From: Bacteroidia bacterium
Lineage (GTDB): Bacteria > Bacteroidota > Bacteroidia > UKL13-3
Length of the DNA: 64,000 nucleotides
Direction of reading: 5' to 3'
NCBI GenBank assembly: GCA_019695215.1
Contig: JAIBAK010000016.1
Coordinates: 676-64,675 of the forward strand
The notes beneath the pieces are model-generated. The model was not told where the DNA came from. It made no database searches and saw only the letters and a list, made by a program, of their open reading frames with translations. Shown one piece after another: positions 1-7,500 of the stretch; the first letter of the stretch is position 1, and every line of letters starts with the position of its first letter. A program made the translations under genes and the position numbers.

Positions 1-1359
1 CTTGGAGTTTGTGTATATGATCCCAATAATAGCAAAATTGATCTCTTTAAGTTTGAAACAAGTTCTGGAAAGATTCTCAGTTATATACCAATAAACAATA
101 TCCTTTTACCTTATGGTATAGAATTCTCCAAGAACGTTCGCTATATTTATGCATCAACAAGAATGAACGAACTGGTTACCTATGACATAACATCAGTTAA
201 TTCAAGCGATATTGAACTCTCCAAAATGACGTTGGCAGATTACAATAATAGCCCAATAATAACAGGGGCTTTGCAATTAGGGGTGGATTCTAAAATCCAT
301 GTTATTTTTCCAGACTCTTTATTTCTTGGGGTAATAAATTACCCAGATAGCGGAGGGGCAAAGAGTGGTTATTCTCCTTCCGATATTCAGATGAGTGGCA
401 AAAAAACGAGCCTTGGTTTACCCAACTTCCTCAGCTCCTATTTCTACCGCCCACAATTAGACTTCACTTACATTATTTCATGCACTGAACGTAATAAAGG
501 TGATTTTATACTTAAATCAGACTCTGTAATTAATACAACTAACTGGCAAATTAAACGCATTGCAACTAATACTGCTATTGCAAATTTTTCCTCATTTGCA
601 GTTAGTTATATCTTTCCTGATTCTGGCTTATATGAAGTGCGCTTAATAGCCAATAGTGATACCGTCATTAAAACAATTTTTATTGATGCTCCTATACTGC
701 CGATGACTGATACATTAGGATGTGGAGTTGACTCTGTTGTGTTAATGGTTCCCAATACTTATCGTTGTTTACAATGGGGTGATACTTCTTTTTCTGCTTA
801 CAGCCGCTCAATAAAGGCAAACGGTATTTATTACGTGCAAGGATACGATTCAAGAGGGTGTTTAATTACGGATAGTGTTAAAATTCGCTTCAGTCCATCA
901 CCTTTGCAACCGAACATAACAAAGATAAACGACAGCCTGCAAAGTAGCCCGGCATTCCTTTACCAGTGGTTATTAAATGATACGTTATTGGCCGGGGCAA
1001 ATACCCAAAGCATTAAACCTGCAAAGGCTGGCTTATATAAAGTATTTATTACTGATAGTAATGGGTGCTCCAATATGAGTACTCCCTATTCATCAAATGT
1101 AGGAATATTAAACCCTGTTGTCTCGGATAATATTCGCATTTATCCAAATCCTACAAACGATAAACTGAACGTAGAATCTGACAACAAAATAGCTGAAGTA
1201 AAAATTTATGACGTAACAGGGCGAATGGTGTATGAGCAATCAACCATTTCGGATTCATCTTTACAAATTAATTGTAACAAATTTATTAGGGGGATATACT
1301 TTATAAAAATTAATTCAAACTTAAATACCTATTACTCCCACAAAATAATTATTCAATAA
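1..1359 (+). CDS. T9SS type A C-terminal sorting domain protein, 5'-truncated by the window edge. It is paralogous to the next two genes and contains Ig-like repeats.
   Basis: The reading frame is open from base 1 with no in-frame stop before the listed ATG at 163. It shares the 'GLPNFLSSYFYRP' motif with the downstream paralogs ('GLPNFVSSYFYKD', 'GLPNFMDAKYPSEIE'). It has Cys-containing ~70-aa Ig-like repeats and a C-terminal 'IYPNPTNDKLNVES...IYFIKINS' Por-secretion tail. Confidence 0.75.
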   Translation, partial: LGVCVYDPNNSKIDLFKFETSSGKILSYIPINNILLPYGIEFSKNVRYIYASTRMNELVTYDITSVNSSDIELSKMTLADYNNSPIITGALQLGVDSKIHVIFPDSLFLGVINYPDSGGAKSGYSPSDIQMSGKKTSLGLPNFLSSYFYRPQLDFTYIISCTERNKGDFILKSDSVINTTNWQIKRIATNTAIANFSSFAVSYIFPDSGLYEVRLIANSDTVIKTIFIDAPILPMTDTLGCGVDSVVLMVPNTYRCLQWGDTSFSAYSRSIKANGIYYVQGYDSRGCLITDSVKIRFSPSPLQPNITKINDSLQSSPAFLYQWLLNDTLLAGANTQSIKPAKAGLYKVFITDSNGCSNMSTPYSSNVGILNPVVSDNIRIYPNPTNDKLNVESDNKIAEVKIYDVTGRMVYEQSTISDSSLQINCNKFIRGIYFIKINSNLNTYYSHKIIIQ

Positions 1360-1378
1360 CATTTAAAAAATTAAACCA

Positions 1379-1516
1379 ATGAGGAAGACAGTACAAATTG
1401 TCTTGATGACCTTGCTTTGTCTTTTTGCAACGCAATCACAAGCACAAATCGAACCCTGCGGCACCGACCGCATTATGCAGTATTACCGCAGCCTTGACAG
1501 CATATCTGATAAATAG
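1379..1516 (+). pseudogene. Remnant 45-codon ORF encoding a signal peptide plus the first residues of an M43 peptidase paralog (gene fragment).
   Basis: Its translation, MRKTVQIVLMTLLCLFATQSQAQIEPCGTDRIMQYYRSLDSISDK*, closely parallels the N-terminus of the 4501..10194 protein (MKQKRLFIVMTLLCLLATHARAQVPCAFDTLQQIF...). It stops after 45 aa and is followed by 317 bp of non-coding sequence. Confidence 0.55.
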
Positions 1517-1832
1517 CCAACCAAAACAACGCCAATAAAAAAATGTTTGTTATATTCAAAAAAAGTTGCTTACTTTGTTAAAGACAAAATAAACAGAAAT
1601 AAATAAAATAATATTTAAGCGTTACTAAAGTAGTTCCTCTACAATAAAACCGCGAAATTTTAACACGTAGAGGGCAGTTTGAAGTGATGCACCCTGACAG
1701 GGTGTGTTCTTCTTCTGTTCAGTTCTACGTGGGTGCTTCGCGGTACCTTGTGCAGACTGTCAGTTGGGGTTCACGCCCTTTCTGTTTTTGGGACTTTTTT
1801 CGTATATTGCTATTTACTAAATACAACTAATA

Positions 1833-4481
1833 ATGAAACGGCTGTTCGCTTTTCTTCTTCTTTCTTTAACTTTCCAGGGGTTCGCTCAGGATTATAAGCG
1901 CACCTATAACTGGTATTTTGGAGATAGTGCCGGGGTTGATTTCAATACTGTTTCCCCTACTGTATTAACCAATGGCCAAATGCACGATGATGAAGGCTGT
2001 GCAACAATATCAGATACCAGTGGCAACCTGCTTTTTTATACCAATGGTGAAACAGTATGGAATAAAAACCATCAGGTGATGGATAACGGAACTGGGTTAC
2101 AGGGGTACTTCTCTGCCACACAGGAAGTGATTATTGTACCGCAGCCAGGCAACGATAGCATATTCTACATCTTCACTATAAGTCTATTCAGGTACTCAAT
2201 AATTAATATTAAAGTAAATGGAGGATTAGGAAAGGTCATCCAGAAAAACACCTTGGTTTCTCCTATGGGGGTAACAGAAAAACTGTGCGCGACAAAACAT
2301 CAAAATGGCAAAGATGTTTGGATATTGGTGCATGGCTTTGAAAATAGTAGAGATTTTTATGCTTACCTGCTTACAGCAGATGGATTCAAAGCTTGTCCAG
2401 TCATTACAACTATTGGATCATTACACACAACATTGTCTGCGGCACAAGGGGATATGAAGTTCTCCCAAAGCGGTAAAAAATTAGCGGTATGTATTTATGA
2501 CATGAGTCAGCAATGGATAGATTTGTTTGATTTCAATTCTATGACGGGCACTCTTTCAAACTATCTAAAGGTTCCAAATATAATGTTATCATACAGTGTT
2601 GAGTTTTCCCCAAATGAAAAACTTATTTACGCAACTAACAGAATCAATAAGATATATCAATATGACATTAGTTCGGGTAATAGTACAACCATTGGTGCAA
2701 CACAAAAGGAATTATATTGGTCAGGAAATAATTCATTCAATTACCACAGGGCAATTCAAAGGGCTTCTAATGGAAAAATTTATATAACCATGATTGACTC
2801 CAATTTTCTGTCAACCATAGAGTATCCGGATTCTGCCGGACTTTCTTGTGGATTTAATCTTCATGGATTATCTTTAGGTAGTCCGAATGGAGAATATGGC
2901 CTTCCTAACTTTGTAAGCTCTTACTTCTATAAAGACACTGTTCTTAATTATACCTATGAGTTTCTCTGCCCATCCCAGCAAGCCACATTTAAAGCAAAGA
3001 ACTATACCAACACCCCTCAGTGGCAGATCACCAAACTCAGCGGAGCGGGAAGTTGGAGTTATAATGGCAGCGTAATAAATCACACTTTTGATACAGGGTA
3101 TTTTGCAGTGAAACTCTTGTCAGGAAGCGATTCCATCATTAAAAATATCCGTGTAGGTTCCAATATCCCGCTTGTAAAAACCGATACCATAGCTTGCCAA
3201 AAAGATAGCATCATGCTTGCCACCTCAAGCCCGTTTACCTGTATAAAATGGAATGACACCATTCTCTCTGACATACTTTATGCTAAGGCCAGCAATACCT
3301 ACAAAGTAGAAGTTTGGAACGATCAGGGATGCAGGTTAACCGATAGCATTAAAGTAACCATGTACCCTACCCCGCCAGACCCGCTGATTGCCACTATGCC
3401 TGATACTATCCGGTTTTGCAAGGGTACCAGCATTACCTTACAACCCGATAGCGGCAACAGTTTTATATGGCAGGACGGTTTTACTAACTCTAAAAGGAAA
3501 ATTGATACTACCGGGTTATTCTATACCTCTTTTATAGATACCAATTACTGCCAGCGCAGTGATACCACCCGTTTAATCCTCTATCCGATAGCTCCACTGC
3601 AAAAACCATTGCCTGACACGGTAAAATTCTGCAAGGGAACATGGATAAACCTTTCACCTGATAGCGGTGCAAATTTTCACTGGCAAGACGGCTATCCGTT
3701 AGCATCCCGCAGCATTGATACTACCGGACTCTTTTATACAAGCTGGGCTGACAGCTTTAGTTGCCCTCGTGGTGATACCACGCAGCTTATATTTTATCCG
3801 GTTACTCCATTACAAAAACCGCTACAGGATTCTGTTACTTTTTGTATAGGTAAGATAGTTACCCTTACCCCTGATAGCGGAGCCGGTTTTCACTGGCAGG
3901 ATAATTACCCCAATGCTAAACGGACTATTGACAGCGCGGGCCTGTTTTTCACCAGTTGGTTTGATGTAAACGGGTGTAAAATGGGTGATTCTATTCTTGT
4001 TAAAACATTTGTTGTTCCAAAGCCAACTATACAACGTATAGGCGACAGCCTGTTTGCTTCAGGTAACTTTATCCAATGGCAGTGGTGGCAGAATGGTGGG
4101 CCAAACATCGGTGCTACGGGTAAAAGTTACCGCATGATTGAAAACTCATGGTATCAGGTCTGGGGACGAGATACAGGTTGGTGTTGGGCTTTGTCAGATT
4201 CGATTCACGTTACCAATTTATCTATACCTCGACTACTTTCACCAAATGAAATTACTGTCTTTCCTAATCCGGTAAATGGGGTGCTGCATATCCGCTTGCA
4301 AACAGCGGAAAAACTCAGCGAGGTGCAATTATTCAGCGGCACCGGACAACTCGTTTATTGTGAAACCTCAACCAGCCCTTCTGAAGCTGAGATTAACTGT
4401 TCAGCATTGCCGAAAGGACTTTATCTGCTATCTCTCACTGTAACCAACAAAACCTACTACCAGAGAATCATCATCCAGTAA
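1833..4481 (+). CDS. Large T9SS-secreted protein with an N-terminal NWYFG...GLPNF domain shared with the flanking paralogs, five Ig-like repeats (three near-identical ~71-73-aa tandem copies) and a type A T9SS C-terminal domain.
   Basis: Signal peptide MKRLFAFLLLSLTFQGFAQ. The 'NWYFGDSAGVDF' and 'GLPNFVSSYFY' motifs match the middle region of the 1897-aa neighbour. Tandem repeats run YPTPPDPL.../YPIAPLQKPL.../YPVTPLQKPL... at 3363-4007. The C-terminus 'ITVFPNPVNGVLHIRL...LYLLSLTVTNKTYYQRIIIQ' is a Por_Secre_tail. Confidence 0.8.
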   Translation: MKRLFAFLLLSLTFQGFAQDYKRTYNWYFGDSAGVDFNTVSPTVLTNGQMHDDEGCATISDTSGNLLFYTNGETVWNKNHQVMDNGTGLQGYFSATQEVIIVPQPGNDSIFYIFTISLFRYSIINIKVNGGLGKVIQKNTLVSPMGVTEKLCATKHQNGKDVWILVHGFENSRDFYAYLLTADGFKACPVITTIGSLHTTLSAAQGDMKFSQSGKKLAVCIYDMSQQWIDLFDFNSMTGTLSNYLKVPNIMLSYSVEFSPNEKLIYATNRINKIYQYDISSGNSTTIGATQKELYWSGNNSFNYHRAIQRASNGKIYITMIDSNFLSTIEYPDSAGLSCGFNLHGLSLGSPNGEYGLPNFVSSYFYKDTVLNYTYEFLCPSQQATFKAKNYTNTPQWQITKLSGAGSWSYNGSVINHTFDTGYFAVKLLSGSDSIIKNIRVGSNIPLVKTDTIACQKDSIMLATSSPFTCIKWNDTILSDILYAKASNTYKVEVWNDQGCRLTDSIKVTMYPTPPDPLIATMPDTIRFCKGTSITLQPDSGNSFIWQDGFTNSKRKIDTTGLFYTSFIDTNYCQRSDTTRLILYPIAPLQKPLPDTVKFCKGTWINLSPDSGANFHWQDGYPLASRSIDTTGLFYTSWADSFSCPRGDTTQLIFYPVTPLQKPLQDSVTFCIGKIVTLTPDSGAGFHWQDNYPNAKRTIDSAGLFFTSWFDVNGCKMGDSILVKTFVVPKPTIQRIGDSLFASGNFIQWQWWQNGGPNIGATGKSYRMIENSWYQVWGRDTGWCWALSDSIHVTNLSIPRLLSPNEITVFPNPVNGVLHIRLQTAEKLSEVQLFSGTGQLVYCETSTSPSEAEINCSALPKGLYLLSLTVTNKTYYQRIIIQ

Positions 4482-4500
4482 TCCTTTAAACATATTTTCT

Positions 4501-7500
4501 ATGAAACAAAAACGACTTTTCATCGTAATGACTTTGCTTTGCCTTTTGGCAACCCATGCGCGGGCACAGGTGCCCTGCGCTTTTGACACCCTCCAACAGA
4601 TTTTCAGTACCCAACCCGGTTATTGGCCCTTGCATAAGGGACATGAAAACCGGATTGATTACTATCGTAACCATCCTTCGGAAATTAACGAACAATACCG
4701 GCCGGGGCCAAACTCAGAAGCATCCACCTGTTTTAAGACAAGGTTTATGATTCCTGTAGTGGTGCATATTGATAGCAGCGGAGGAACCGTAAACGTAACC
4801 AGCACCCAGGTACAAGACCAGTTGGATGCTGTAAATACCATCATGAAGAATTATGGCATTCAATTATGTCTTGCCCAGAAGAAACCAAACGGAACCAGCT
4901 TTAGCGGCATCAACTATTTTAACGGGGCTTCGGTTGATAACCGCATCAGTTATCAATTGCCGTCTCTTACCAATATCCTTTACTACAATCCTAAAAAATA
5001 CCTGAACATTTATATCGTGCCTACCATTCTGAATGATAATTACAGCACAAGTACCTATGGGGGATACAATAATATTTTTCCCGGACAAAAAGGATTGGAC
5101 GGCATTGTGATACTGCATACCCGTTTTGGAAATTACCAAACCTGTTCAGGTTGTAATTTGGATGCAAATGCAAGGGGATTGGTGCTGGTTCATGAGCTGG
5201 GGCATTACCTTGGCTTGTGGCATACTTTTGAGGGAGGTTGTTCGGGAGGTAATACGGCAGGCACCTGTTCAACTCAGGGTGACCATTGTTGCGATACCCG
5301 CCCGGTAGCTACACAAAACTTTCTTTGCCCTTTACCTACCCCATCTTTAAGTTGTAGCAACACGGCTTATTACACAAGCAGCTTTGCGGAAAACCGGAGC
5401 AATTACATGGACTATGCCGAAGAACCCTGTAAAACCAATTTTACCTCTGACCAACAATCAATCATGTACAGTTCCTTGCTGGGGCCACGGAGTGAACTGG
5501 TGAGCGGAGAAAATCTTGACACATTGGGGCTGGCCTGCTGCTTTAAAACGGCTTGGTTTACGACTAACACCAATTTTTATTGCACAAGTGATATGGACAG
5601 CATCAGGCTAACGGCCTATCAAGGTGCATCTACCTACAGATGGCAAATTAAGGACAGCGTGAGCGGACGAACTGTTTTTGATACCGTTACCACCTCTAAA
5701 ATTTTCACTTACATGCCTGATAGTGCAGGTAAATATAATATCACCCTGCGTACCATTTACAGTAGTGGCGACACAGTGGAAATGAAACGAATCATGTATA
5801 TTGAGATATCTGATTGCAATACTCCGATAGCATCTACAAAAGGTAATTGGTATTTTGGGCAATGGGCTGGATTGAGATTCACTACCAACGGAGTCTTCAG
5901 GGATATGGGGCCTTGGATTAATCAGCTTCCTGATAACATTTTCACGGGTGAAGGCAGTGTAAGTATCAGTAACCCGCAGGGGCAACTATTGTTTTACGCA
6001 GGGGGAGATTTGTATGCCCCGGGTTATATGAATGTGTACAACAAAAAATATAAGCAGTTTCATACAAGCCCGGTGAAGGGGGATATGAGCAGTGCGCAAA
6101 CTGGAATCATATTACCCTCACCTAAGAATAAACAACGGTATTATCTTTTTACGGTGTCCGGTCTTGATGCTAATGTAACTTTATCTTTGAACAATAGTGG
6201 ATTCAGGTATTCCATCGTTGATACAACCGTAATAGACCTGAGCGATCCAAACGATCCAATTTATTGTGAGATTGACACACCAAATTTCAAAGATGTTCCG
6301 ATTAAAGCTCCGTCAGGGTCGCAATTCCACCCGGTAGACAGTTCCCTCATCTGCGGGGAGATGATTACCGCTGTTTCCAAGTGTAACGGGCGCGATTATT
6401 GGATTATTGTTGTAGATCGTTCGGCCAATGATTCGTTATATGCCAATTACCACAAACTACTTGTCTATTCATTAGATTCGGCAACGGGAGTTACGTTTAG
6501 CCATGTAAGCAGTTTCCGGTTAAGTATTGATGGTGGGAACGGAAATTATGCCTATGGTCAATTAAAGGCTTCGCCTGACGGAACCAAACTGGCTGCTCCG
6601 GGGTATGTGATGGAGTTTAACCGAATTACCGGAGCCATCACTATTATAGATTCTATGAGCGCTCCGGCACCAGATATATGGGCCTGTTCGTTCAGCCCTA
6701 ATTCAAAACGGTTATTCTATCTGGTCAATATTGACGCTTACACATCGGGTTTTCATCAATACAACCTGGAGGATTCAAGTGATGTTGTTATAGACACACT
6801 GCCCGAGTTTTTCGGCAATGCGATGCAACTCGGGCCTGACAATAAAATTTATATGGCGCAGATTGGACTTTCTCAATTAGGTATGATTAGCAACCCGGAT
6901 GAAGTGTATGACCCTAATAATCCTTCTTCGATTGATTACACAGCTGAAGGCCCTAAAATTGGAAGCAATGGAATTGGAGGAATGTGCCTGACGGGGCTGC
7001 CCAATTTTATGGATGCTAAATATCCTTCCGAAATAGAAAAGAAAATAGAATATGCACAGACAGGTTGTTTTAATTTCAAATTCACCAACACCGTATGCTG
7101 TACAGAAACTTTTAAATGGTATTTTGGTGACGGAGACAGTGCCAGCGGAAAAACCGTCAACCACACTTATGATTCGCTAAAATATTACTACGTGATGCTT
7201 ATTGCAGGCAGTGACACGCTAAGGGATACCATCAGGGTAGGAATAGATCAACCGATTATTGCAGGAAGCACCAATGCTATTTGTGATACCGTACATTTTA
7301 ATACGTATTCGGTTGGCAACAGGGTAACTGATTTAGTTTACCAATGGTTGGTGGATGCACCAAACCAAATGTACGTAGATAATTACGGAGGAGCCAATGT
7401 GAGCTGGAAGCAGGATAGTTCTTATATCCGGCTTAAAGCAACCAGCCCCGGTGGATGTAAGGATTCAAGCGAGGTAATGATTACCATCAGGCCACCTTTA

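Noticed and set aside
163-1359. The ATG at 163 as the true start of the first gene.
   Set aside because: The frame is open to base 1, and the encoded upstream residues continue the protein, so the gene is truncated by the window rather than starting at 163.
2596-4108. Multiple 60-70-aa ORFs on both strands inside the 1833..4481 gene (for example 2596..2787, 2874..3083, 3822..4034).
   Set aside because: These are shadow ORFs embedded in a long gene with clear family homology and a T9SS tail. They have no independent signals.
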